Below, in pieces: positions 53,824-62,606 of a stretch of 64,000 nucleotides of DNA (the first letter of the stretch is position 1; every line of letters starts with the position of its first letter). The notes under the pieces were generated by a model. That model ran no database searches. It saw only the letters and a program-made list of their open reading frames with translations, and was not told the origin of the DNA. Origin of the DNA: Methanomassiliicoccales archaeon (GTDB lineage Archaea; Thermoplasmatota; Thermoplasmata; RBG-16-68-12; SOIM01); contig JAUVHO010000003.1 of NCBI GenBank assembly GCA_030593295.1, positions 22,164 to 86,163 of the forward strand, written 5' to 3'. Position numbers and translations under genes: made by a program.

Positions 53824-54729
53824 ACGAAAAAGCTTATCGTATTTGGGGCCGGAGGGTTTGTTGGAAGGAATCTAGTTCACAGTCTACACGATGATGGGAT
53901 TCATCTGATTGCCTGTGATGTGATGGATTCTCCGTTTCCTGAGGATGTTCTATACGATAAGGTCGACATCACAAGAAAAGAAGAAGTTGCCAAAGTCATG
54001 GAAGGTGCTCAGTCAGTGATTCACTTGGCCGCATCTCCGCTCACAATGTCCTTGGAAGATCCCATATTGGATATGCGTGTGAATGTGGGTGGCACTTTGA
54101 ACATAATGGAGCGCTCAAGAAAAGAGAAGGTCAGTCTGATTATCTACTCCTCAGCCTCATCCGTGGTTGGGACCCTCCAGCATAACCCAGTGGATGAGAA
54201 TCATCCTTGTGTTCCCAGGACAACCTACGCAGCTTCCAAACTATCTTGCGAACACTACCTCCGCGTTTATCAGGAGATATACGGGCTCAACTATCTGGTG
54301 TTCAGGTTCTTCAACATCTACGGACCATGGCAGTATCCAACAAGTGGAGGTCTAATTCCTTCTATCATTAATCGAGTCCTCAACAAAGAAGATATTAAAG
54401 TATTCGGAGACGGCTCCGCCAGAAGGGATTTCGTTTACGTTGAGGATTTGGTGCATCTGTACAAGTCTGCTATTGAGGGAAAAGTCACTAACGAGGTACT
54501 AAACTTGGGTACAGGTACTGGAACTTCAATAATGGAAGTTGTTGAGACTGTTGGTGACGTACTGGATATTGAACCGAACATACAATATGAGCCAAAGAGG
54601 GATGGCGAAATCAACGATTTCTATGCAGACACTGCAAAGCTCGAGAGGACGTTTGGATTCAAGCCGAATACATCCTTGAGAGAAGGCGTTGAGAAGACGT
54701 GTCAATGGTTCCTGGAGGAGAACATATGA
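53824..54729 (+). CDS. NAD-dependent sugar epimerase/dehydratase (SDR family) lacking a canonical start codon
   Basis: The Rossmann motif 'TKKLIVFGAGGFVGRNL' is encoded at 53824-53874 in frame with ORF 53920..54729 ('YAASKLSCEHY' = YxxxK). There is no ATG/GTG/TTG between the TGA at 53809 and the GTG at 53920. An ACG at 53824 sits 9 nt after GAGGA. Confidence 0.8.
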   Translation, partial: TKKLIVFGAGGFVGRNLVHSLHDDGIHLIACDVMDSPFPEDVLYDKVDITRKEEVAKVMEGAQSVIHLAASPLTMSLEDPILDMRVNVGGTLNIMERSRKEKVSLIIYSSASSVVGTLQHNPVDENHPCVPRTTYAASKLSCEHYLRVYQEIYGLNYLVFRFFNIYGPWQYPTSGGLIPSIINRVLNKEDIKVFGDGSARRDFVYVEDLVHLYKSAIEGKVTNEVLNLGTGTGTSIMEVVETVGDVLDIEPNIQYEPKRDGEINDFYADTAKLERTFGFKPNTSLREGVEKTCQWFLEENI

Positions 54730-54760
54730 AAGCATCCCGAATTCAGTGCCAGATCACTAA

Positions 54761-56503
54761 TTGCGGACCCAGGACGGCCGTACAATGATTGGAGTATTGA
54801 AATCATCAATCAATAGAGATAACTACGCCACAAAGAGGCTGCATGATTTCGGCTTGAGATGGTTTAGATACATCGAGTCTGCCAGAGACGACCTTTCAGA
54901 ATTCCATCTTCTCTTGGTCCCAAAAAGCGAACTTAGCAAAGAGGAGACTGAGAATATCCTAGATTTCTTGGAGAATACGGGGTCCGTCATATCTCTATAC
55001 CCAAACGAAGAGCTAGTCCATAATGTCGGGTCACTCAACGAGTTCTTGGAGGTTCCTCAAGACCAACTCTCCGGTCATGTAATGCTAGATTCGATTGATG
55101 TCCCTGTCTTCGGCCGGATCTGCAACATTGGTGATACAGAGTTTTCCCTTGAGATGGCTGGATCTGAGTTTCCGGCTTTGGCTAGGAGACGATTCAACAA
55201 AGGCTCTCTTTTTGTGTTCTCATATTCTCTTTCGGATTCTGTTCTGGAAACCACACAACGTCTATTGACTGTCAATCCCAAACTCGGAGATGGAGTAAAA
55301 TGGGGGGATTATCCTGGAAACCTCCTCGATGTAACCAAAGAACCGCTCGATGTCCCATATTCAGACATTCAAATGATATTCCTGAGGAGCTTGATTCTCA
55401 CAGAACTTCACCGGCAGGGGATAGCATTGCCCATCGTCTGGCATGTTCCGTATGCCAAGAGGACCTGCGTGATGATAACGATGGATGAGGATTGGACTAA
55501 CCCATGCTGTCTTGACCATTCTCTTAATCTCCTGGCCGAGAGAAACTTGCCATCAACATTGTTCGTCACTGAGAAGATCGAAGGGTCAAAAGCGTTCTTA
55601 TTTCAGCACGAATGTGACCTTGCTGTGCATCCGTTCCACAAGAATGCGACTTTCAGCAAAGACACTCTAAGAAGGAGCACAGGTTTCCTGTCTGAGAGTC
55701 CAAAAGGAGTCAGAAACCACCGGAGACTAGTGGCTCGACCCGAAATGTTTTCAGCTGAAATCGACCTGGGCTTTCAATGGGAATCGAATCTCGGTGTCTC
55801 GAAGACCTCAGGATTTGCCAATGGTACGGGCCTCCCATTCTTTTTGTGGGATAATGGTGACGAGTACGACTTGCTGGAGTTCCCTATTCATTTCGAAGAT
55901 GATTTGTATCTGTTTGAAGAAGCCAATTTTGATTTCAGGGAATCGGTCATTAGAAAGATGTTGGAAGAATCAAGGGAGAGGTTCTTCTCATGTCTGAATC
56001 TGGCATTCCATCCTATTCACATATTCTTGAACTCGACAAGCATAGCTGACTATGAGGATTGCAAGCAACATGGTGTGTCAAAGAACGGCCAGAAGCTTCA
56101 GGAGTATCGAGCTTCTCTTCCAACCAGAAAGGGAGTAGAGAACCTGTTCACGGCGTTATTGGACTATCTTATCGCCGAGTCGCACGACATTCTAGTCACT
56201 ACGTGCCAGAAGATCAACGATTATGTTCGAGAATGCCAGTCCGTTGAGATATCTTTTGATAACAGGAAGACTACCATATCAGGATGTTTCGAAGGACTCA
56301 CCATTCTCTTTCCCTTTACAGATGAATCCAGATTGGATGAGGTGGAGAATCTCTTTGCCAAGGCCCAATCAATCGATGTCGGCGGGATCCGGAGCATCCT
56401 AGCACAGGTTTCCTCAGAAGGTGTAAGGAAGGGAAGCATTGAAATCGAAGGAGAATCTTTCAGCTCCAACGCTCCTGGAACTGAAGAAGGAGGAGGGTGT
56501 TGA
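54761..56503 (+). CDS. Hypothetical protein with a central polysaccharide-deacetylase-like region
   Basis: 'CVMITMDEDW', 'LPSTLFVTEK', 'LAVHPFHKN', 'GVRNHRRL' resemble 31126..32412. N- and C-terminal parts are unassigned. The start may be the ATG at 54785. Confidence 0.45.
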   Translation: MRTQDGRTMIGVLKSSINRDNYATKRLHDFGLRWFRYIESARDDLSEFHLLLVPKSELSKEETENILDFLENTGSVISLYPNEELVHNVGSLNEFLEVPQDQLSGHVMLDSIDVPVFGRICNIGDTEFSLEMAGSEFPALARRRFNKGSLFVFSYSLSDSVLETTQRLLTVNPKLGDGVKWGDYPGNLLDVTKEPLDVPYSDIQMIFLRSLILTELHRQGIALPIVWHVPYAKRTCVMITMDEDWTNPCCLDHSLNLLAERNLPSTLFVTEKIEGSKAFLFQHECDLAVHPFHKNATFSKDTLRRSTGFLSESPKGVRNHRRLVARPEMFSAEIDLGFQWESNLGVSKTSGFANGTGLPFFLWDNGDEYDLLEFPIHFEDDLYLFEEANFDFRESVIRKMLEESRERFFSCLNLAFHPIHIFLNSTSIADYEDCKQHGVSKNGQKLQEYRASLPTRKGVENLFTALLDYLIAESHDILVTTCQKINDYVRECQSVEISFDNRKTTISGCFEGLTILFPFTDESRLDEVENLFAKAQSIDVGGIRSILAQVSSEGVRKGSIEIEGESFSSNAPGTEEGGGC

Positions 56504-57201
56504 GAATGACAAAGGTCAGATTGCTGGGTGAAAACATCTTAATCGGAAAGAACGTGAGGTTTGGAGAGAACGTCATTGTATACGACAACGTTGAAATCGG
56601 AGATCGTGTTGTCGTTGAACACAACAGCATCATAGGATACGACCACTTGACTAATCTGCGCGATGAGGTGAGGAATCTAGAGACGCCCTATCTCACCAGA
56701 GTAGGAGATGATGTACTCATTCGACCCAGTTCGATCATCTATGCTGGTTGTAGCATCGGGGATTACAGCCGGATATGCAGCCATGTCATAATGAGGGAAT
56801 TCACTGAACTGGGTGAGAATAGCTATCTGGGGAATGGCACGAAGGTGGAAGGCTATACTAAGATAGGGAACAACACCGCCATCGAAACCCAGGTTCATGT
56901 TACTGCAAAAGCCTTGATCGAGGACAAGGTGTTCATCGCTACTATGACCGTTCTGGCAAATGGACTGACTATGAATTGGAGTCGACCTCATATTCCGACA
57001 GTTGAAGAAGGTCCTAGGATTCGGAGAGGCGCTAGAATTGCCATCGGAGTAAAAATCCTGCCCGGAGTTGAGATAGGGAGGGAGGCTCTAATCGGAGCGG
57101 GCGCGGTCGTGACCAAGGACGTGCCTCCATTCAAAATCGCATTGGGAGTCCCAGCGAGAGTTGTCGGTGAAGTTCCCGAAGAGGAAAGGCTTAGGGAGTA
57201 G
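56497..57201 (+). CDS. Left-handed beta-helix (hexapeptide repeat) acetyltransferase
   Basis: 'IGKNVRFGENVIVYDNVEIGDRVVVEHNSIIG', 'IGVKILPGVEIGREALIGAGAVVTKDVPPFKIALGVPARVV'. Confidence 0.8.
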   Translation: MLRMTKVRLLGENILIGKNVRFGENVIVYDNVEIGDRVVVEHNSIIGYDHLTNLRDEVRNLETPYLTRVGDDVLIRPSSIIYAGCSIGDYSRICSHVIMREFTELGENSYLGNGTKVEGYTKIGNNTAIETQVHVTAKALIEDKVFIATMTVLANGLTMNWSRPHIPTVEEGPRIRRGARIAIGVKILPGVEIGREALIGAGAVVTKDVPPFKIALGVPARVVGEVPEEERLRE

Positions 57202-57247
57202 GGGACGGCCACTCCCTACGGGGTTATTGAGTTTTCCTCCAATAGTC

Positions 57248-57255
57248 ATTTATAC
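57248..57255 (+). promoter_or_regulatory. TATA-box-like element (ATTTATAC) upstream of 57300
   Basis: Lies 44 nt upstream of the ATG and is followed by ATGGGGGA-N6-ATG. Confidence 0.35.
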
Positions 57256-57299
57256 CGGCTTACGCATTTGTATGATAGGAGAAGGATGGGGGAAAGTCC

Positions 57300-60242
57300 A
57301 TGCGAGGGGTAACTACTTGGTCCGTCCTGATTGTTCTTAATCTAGTCACGCCTATTGTTGTCGCTTCCGAGGCCCTGGATCAGACTTCTTTCAACTCCAT
57401 TCCCACGTTTACCTGGAAGAAGATGGGAGTCGTAATAGACATTGGTGCCCCGGGTGAGCCCGACCATGTTGCCGCGTCTTCGGCTTATGTCATGTATGAC
57501 AACAACACATACAAGATTTGGTACTCAGCATACGATGGCAACAATTGGAAGGGAATACTCTACGCCACATCCATCGATGGGCATACATTCACGAAACATG
57601 GAATAATCTTGGATGTTGGGGCACCAGGAGATATGGATGATGATTTTGTTAGGGATCCATCGGTCCTGAAGAACAATCAAGGTCTCTACGAGATGTGGTA
57701 CACTGGACAGAAGAAGGGTATTTGGGGATGGAGGATTTTCCACGCCACTTCGACTGATGGCGTGAACTGGCAGAAGCATGGCCTGGTATTCTCAAGAGCT
57801 GAACTCGCAGTGGCTCATCCAGATGTTATACTGGCTGGTGACGGTACATATAGAATGTGGTTCAGTGAGTATGACAAGACCCATTGGAGGATTCGGACTT
57901 CAACTTCCCCTGATGGTCAAACGTGGACTGACCAAGGCCTTTGTCTCGATGTGGGACCTCAAGGTGGTCCTGATTGGCTGTATGTTTACATGCCAAGTGT
58001 GATTGTGGAGCCGGATGGCACATATGTCATGTTCTACAGTGATTCTGATGGCAATCAGTATAACCACGTGGATATTTCCTATGCCACATCTTCCAGTGGC
58101 ATGGCAGGAACATGGACAAAGCATGGAGTAACACTGGATCGTGGGCAGCCTGGTGAGTATGACGACGTTCAAGCCATCAGCCCATCCATAGCGATGGGAC
58201 CAGATGGAATTCACAGGCTATACTACTCCAGTTATGATGGACAGAATAGAAGAATGATGCTCGCGATAGAGGCTGGCCCTCAACCTCCAGTGGCAAATAT
58301 CGGGTCGGATAGGACAATAGAAGAGGGAGAATCCGTGGTTCTGGATGTGTCTGATTCTTATGACCCCGATGGATATATCGCTCGATATGAGTATGATTTC
58401 GGAGATGGGACCTACTTCGTCTATGTACCACCATCGCCGGGGCAGAAGCCACCCTTGATTGGGAACCAGTACGGGGACGATGGCAAAGGCAACGACGGTT
58501 TCTACACGATTACTCTCACGGTCACTGATGATGAGGGAATTTCTGCCACTGATAGTATGATAGTGACCGTCTTGAATGTCAATCCCACAACCTCATCCAC
58601 TGCACCTTCAACAGTTTATGAGGGGGGCGCGGTAACAGCGTCACTTGAGGTTACCGATCAAGGTAGCGATGACTTGTTCATTGAGATTGACTGGGGGGAC
58701 GGAAGTTCGCCAAGCGACATTGTTAGCCTGAATGACCCGTCTGTCGGTCCCGATCCATACCCAAGCCCGGAGGTCAATCCTCGACATCTCACGAAGTCGG
58801 CTCATCATGTCTACGGAGACAATGGAATCTTCACGCTAACAATATCAGCGTCAGATGATGACGGAGGAGTATCCATTTCCTCTCAAGATATCAAGGTGAT
58901 GAACCTCCCGCCATCTCTATCTGTCCCAGAGCCCCGTGCAGTTTCTGAGGGTCAGGGAGCTACACTTCAGATAGATGTGCTGGATCTTGGAAGCGATGAC
59001 ATCTCAATATCGATTGACTGGGGGGACGGGTTGTCCGAGGAAGAGATATACTACAATGATGGAGTTGGGCCAGATCCCCCGGAGAGTCCCCAAGGCGCAC
59101 ACCCTGTCAGCATTTCGAAGACATTTACCCATACCTACGGGGACAATGGAATCTACAGGGTAACAGTCGTCGCATCAGATGACGATGGCGGTGAATCAAC
59201 CAAGACTGTAGATATGGAAGTCCTGAACGACGCTCCGACTGTGAATCCGTTCGGTCCTTTCACGATCGATGAAGGATCCTCTCTTTTCATTGGAACTAAG
59301 GCCAGAGATGCGGGAAGTGATGATTTGACTTTCTGGTGGATATGGGAGCTTGGCCCTAGCATCGAAAACACCTACTTCAATGACGGGATTGGCCCTGATC
59401 CATATCCGAGTCCACATGGCACTTATCCGTTCTCTACAATGGATGTATCATCCAACACTTATGGAGACAACGGGAATTACTCTATTGTGTTATCAGTCCG
59501 GGACGATGATGGAGCAGTCACAAATCTCGCAACTTATGTTCTCGTCTCGAATGTTGCACCTTCGATTGTATCGGTCAGCTATACCGTCTTCACTAACGCC
59601 CCAAGGACGATAGGTTATTGGGGCCATCAGTGCGAAGTCTTGGCACCGTATGGCGACCATACGGGAATACTGCCGGAATGGGTTGCGGAAATCTCCTCCA
59701 AATCCCAGGTTTTCTCGGGCATTACGAGTGAAGTCGAGGTGTGTGAGGTGTTGCAGACAGGTGATGCATCAGAGATGGTGGAAATGGGGAGGAGACAACT
59801 CATGGGTGTCTGGCTCAACGTCGTGAGCGGCAAGCTGAGCCAAGAAGCGGAGTTGAACATGCCCAACCTCACATCGACATCCACGGTATGGGATGCAATT
59901 CTAGAGGTTGAGAACTTGATACTCACTCTTGCAGAGAGAGACGAGTTGGAGAGAGGGAAGAACATTACGGACAACATGAACAATGGGATAGGTATCGCAC
60001 TGGCAACCGTCGAATTCATCAGCACGGCAACAGATCCCGGGTCAGACGATTTGATATTCACCTGGGATTTTGGCGATGGTACTGTGCAGAAGAATTCATA
60101 TCTAAACGATGGGACATTTCCTGTCGAGGTTACTGACTTCATTGGACATTCATACTTCTCTGCAGGATCGTTCATCGTCACTCTGACCGTTGAGGATGAT
60201 GACGGCGGAGTATGTACTGTCACGATTCCAATCGAAGTCTAG
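57300..60242 (+). CDS. Surface protein F (P-type): signal peptide, five-bladed beta-propeller, PKD domain, three PKD-like 'GSDD' repeats, Cys-containing helical module, terminal PKD-like domain
   Basis: Same domain order as 36142..38574, with three extra repeats ('GSDD(L/I)...DWGDG...NDG(V/I)GPDP(Y/P).SP...H.YGDNG.Y...DDDGG'). Helical module starts 'NAPRTIGYWGHQC'. Confidence 0.88.
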   Translation: MRGVTTWSVLIVLNLVTPIVVASEALDQTSFNSIPTFTWKKMGVVIDIGAPGEPDHVAASSAYVMYDNNTYKIWYSAYDGNNWKGILYATSIDGHTFTKHGIILDVGAPGDMDDDFVRDPSVLKNNQGLYEMWYTGQKKGIWGWRIFHATSTDGVNWQKHGLVFSRAELAVAHPDVILAGDGTYRMWFSEYDKTHWRIRTSTSPDGQTWTDQGLCLDVGPQGGPDWLYVYMPSVIVEPDGTYVMFYSDSDGNQYNHVDISYATSSSGMAGTWTKHGVTLDRGQPGEYDDVQAISPSIAMGPDGIHRLYYSSYDGQNRRMMLAIEAGPQPPVANIGSDRTIEEGESVVLDVSDSYDPDGYIARYEYDFGDGTYFVYVPPSPGQKPPLIGNQYGDDGKGNDGFYTITLTVTDDEGISATDSMIVTVLNVNPTTSSTAPSTVYEGGAVTASLEVTDQGSDDLFIEIDWGDGSSPSDIVSLNDPSVGPDPYPSPEVNPRHLTKSAHHVYGDNGIFTLTISASDDDGGVSISSQDIKVMNLPPSLSVPEPRAVSEGQGATLQIDVLDLGSDDISISIDWGDGLSEEEIYYNDGVGPDPPESPQGAHPVSISKTFTHTYGDNGIYRVTVVASDDDGGESTKTVDMEVLNDAPTVNPFGPFTIDEGSSLFIGTKARDAGSDDLTFWWIWELGPSIENTYFNDGIGPDPYPSPHGTYPFSTMDVSSNTYGDNGNYSIVLSVRDDDGAVTNLATYVLVSNVAPSIVSVSYTVFTNAPRTIGYWGHQCEVLAPYGDHTGILPEWVAEISSKSQVFSGITSEVEVCEVLQTGDASEMVEMGRRQLMGVWLNVVSGKLSQEAELNMPNLTSTSTVWDAILEVENLILTLAERDELERGKNITDNMNNGIGIALATVEFISTATDPGSDDLIFTWDFGDGTVQKNSYLNDGTFPVEVTDFIGHSYFSAGSFIVTLTVEDDDGGVCTVTIPIEV
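58605..59580 (+). repeat. Three tandem coding PKD-like repeat units (about 325 nt each)
   Basis: Units begin near 'TAPSTVYEGG', 'SVPEPRAVSEG' and 'NPFGPFTIDEG'. Each contains GSDD, (D/I)WG(D/E) and YGDNG motifs. Confidence 0.75.
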
Positions 60243-60421
60243 GATTGCGGGCCAGTCTCCCTCTTGTTCAAGGTCAGTCGTTCAATCTCCCCTGTTCGTC
60301 AAAGTTATATATCTCCCCAAGTTTACAACATCTTGTTTGAAATGGCCTTCTCTTTAGTACTGCAGCAGGGGATGGTTCCACGGATTTAGAGATTGGAACT
60401 ACTCTAGTATATCTGATTCCT

Positions 60422-61972
60422 GTGTTAGCTTTGACATTCTTCTTGAGAGTTGCCTTTCGAATCTTCAACAAGAACTCTTCAGGCGGAGATCTCTGGTGGC
60501 ACATGCATGCTTCAGAGGAGACTCGAAGGAACAAGTTCCACATCCCAGAGAGGCTCGATAGATTCACCATGAAAACGGTTTTTGACAATCCTCCACTTTA
60601 TCCTTGGATCTTCTCCTTCTTCAGGAAGAGAACAAGGGAAAGAATCGAATGGGCATTGGGGCCTGCGGCTGATACGGTATTCGTTTTGACTGTATTCCTT
60701 TTCTGTCTATTTACATTTGAAAGCTACACAGCTTCCTTCCTGGCTGGATTGATATTCTCGATTATCCCAATTCTGATCAAGTCAGATGCTCGAACCTTCT
60801 TCTTCAGTCCGAGACCATATGGCGAGCTATTCGCAGCACTCTCAATCCTTTATGCTCTTCTATTTGTGCTGTTTCTCGATCCTCTGTATGGATTCTTGTC
60901 TTCTGCTTTTGTGTCTCTTGTGCTTCTGACTGGCAAGTTTCCAACACAGGCAGTCTTCTTTTCCTTTGTTGGTTTCTCGCTCTACTATCTGACGCTTTGG
61001 TTTCTTCTACTCTACATATTCGGGATGGTCCTAGCTATAGTCTTCTCTCGAGGCTACTATTTGAAGAGTCTGAGGGCGCACATAAGACATAGTGTCTTTT
61101 TCAGGAAGACGATAGTAGATCGACATCGACTTACCACTACTGTTACGGGCCTTGACGACTTGAAATCCGCGCTTGCCAAGTCTTCAAAGAAAGCGGAAAT
61201 CAGAACAACCCTTCTACGGAATCCTATTATGAGCGCCCTTGTCTTTGCTCCCTTTCTTCCTTTTCTGTGGCTCATGACACCGTTTGTGTGGAGTACTTTG
61301 GTGGAAAACCAAGTTCTTTCATCCATGTTCGTTTGGGCGAATGTCACGTTCATTCTGGTAGTCATAGTCTCTCTGAGACAGCTGAGGTTTCTTGGAGAGG
61401 CCGAGAGGTATGAGGGCTTTGGTGTGTTCCCCCTCTCCATTCTCATCCCTATCTTGGTGATAACCTTGAATTCACTCTTGTTCTGGATGCTCTTCTCGTT
61501 GGTTGTCATCTATTCCTTCGTTTTGTGGTTCATGAACTACAATGTGTCCAAAAGGTACTTCGCATTGTCAGAAACAGACAAAGAACTGTCAGATGAGTTC
61601 TTCAAGCATCTACGAACTCTTACACCTGGTAGGGTCCTATGCATCCCAGCTAATGTCAGTCCAGAAATCACGTATAAAACCCATCATAACACTCTATACT
61701 GGGGAGGAAGCCTTCCGGCAGAGGATTTCGGTCATGACGAGTTTATTGAGGTCTTCGCTGAGTTTCCATATCCCACGAAGAACCTGGGAATCGTCGCCAA
61801 GAAGTATGGCATAGATTTCATCACGTTCACGAAGAAAGGACTTGAAGAAGAGGAGAGTGAGGCATCCTACGATATGACTGGATACGAGAGGATATACCAC
61901 AATCAAAGACATTCCATCTATCGCTTGAAATCGGAAAACGAAAATCCCGAACTCCCCATTCCATCATCCTAA
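60422..61972 (+). CDS. Polytopic membrane protein (GT-C-like candidate) with a C-terminal soluble domain
   Basis: About 10-12 hydrophobic helices followed by a soluble tail of about 130 aa. The GTG start falls inside a hydrophobic stretch, and the frame is open for 27 more codons upstream ('...TTLVYLIPV') without a canonical start. Confidence 0.5.
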   Translation: MLALTFFLRVAFRIFNKNSSGGDLWWHMHASEETRRNKFHIPERLDRFTMKTVFDNPPLYPWIFSFFRKRTRERIEWALGPAADTVFVLTVFLFCLFTFESYTASFLAGLIFSIIPILIKSDARTFFFSPRPYGELFAALSILYALLFVLFLDPLYGFLSSAFVSLVLLTGKFPTQAVFFSFVGFSLYYLTLWFLLLYIFGMVLAIVFSRGYYLKSLRAHIRHSVFFRKTIVDRHRLTTTVTGLDDLKSALAKSSKKAEIRTTLLRNPIMSALVFAPFLPFLWLMTPFVWSTLVENQVLSSMFVWANVTFILVVIVSLRQLRFLGEAERYEGFGVFPLSILIPILVITLNSLLFWMLFSLVVIYSFVLWFMNYNVSKRYFALSETDKELSDEFFKHLRTLTPGRVLCIPANVSPEITYKTHHNTLYWGGSLPAEDFGHDEFIEVFAEFPYPTKNLGIVAKKYGIDFITFTKKGLEEEESEASYDMTGYERIYHNQRHSIYRLKSENENPELPIPSS

Positions 61973-62032
61973 CCCATACCTTCACAAGAGACAGCTTTAA
62001 TACCCCCATCACTATCTGATGTTATCTCTGAG

Positions 62033-62572
62033 GTGTCTGTTGTGCCATTTGAATCACTGAAGGATCTTTTTGAGAAGATGAGGGAGGTCTTCGGGGAAGA
62101 GATGATGGAGAAATGGCAGAGAATCCTCCCGCTGGATGAAATGGTTGCTGATCGCTGGAAGAAGTCAGAATTGCTGGGCTTTGGCGAGGGTACAAACGTC
62201 TACGAGAACGCGTATGTCTACGGAAAACCCAAAGTTGGCAAGGACGTTTGGATTGGCCCATTCGTTCTCCTTGACGGTACTGGAGGATTGGAAATAGGAG
62301 ACGGTTGTTCAATATCATCAGGTGTTCATATCTATACTCATAGTGTGCAGGAATGGGTTGTCTCGGAAGGAAAGAAGCCACGGACAAGAAGCCCAGTGAA
62401 AATCGGGGATTATGTGGCTATCGGTGCAAACACAACCGTTCTCCCCGGCGTGACCATAGGCCATCACTCAATTATCGGAGCGGGCTCGGTCGTGACCCAG
62501 GATATCCCGCCAAATTCTACAGCCGTCGGAATTCCGGCTAAAGTCATCAAGAAGCGTGAGGAAGCTGAGTGA
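62033..62572 (+). CDS. Left-handed beta-helix (hexapeptide repeat) acetyltransferase
   Basis: 'WIGPFVLLDGTGGLEIGDGCSISSGVHIYTH', 'IGDYVAIGANTTVLPGVTIGHHSIIGAGSVVTQDIPPNSTAVGIPAKVI'. Confidence 0.8.
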   Translation: MSVVPFESLKDLFEKMREVFGEEMMEKWQRILPLDEMVADRWKKSELLGFGEGTNVYENAYVYGKPKVGKDVWIGPFVLLDGTGGLEIGDGCSISSGVHIYTHSVQEWVVSEGKKPRTRSPVKIGDYVAIGANTTVLPGVTIGHHSIIGAGSVVTQDIPPNSTAVGIPAKVIKKREEAE

Positions 62573-62606
62573 TGGATACTCGCAGTGTTAGTAATCTAGT
62601 GATCGA

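Noticed and set aside
59627-60223. 198-aa minus-strand ORF, and similar long antisense ORFs inside the surface-protein genes (for example 37812..38138, 39952..40467)
   Set aside because: They lie antisense to coding repeats whose forward-strand translations show clear PKD/FN3/propeller periodicity.
36142-60242. Palindromic order of stalk types (P X T | T X P) as evidence for an inverted segmental duplication
   Set aside because: Strand orientations (+ + - - + +) are not mirrored, and about 6.6 kb of unrelated sugar-modification genes separates E from F. The order is noted within the main finding but is not claimed as an inverted repeat.
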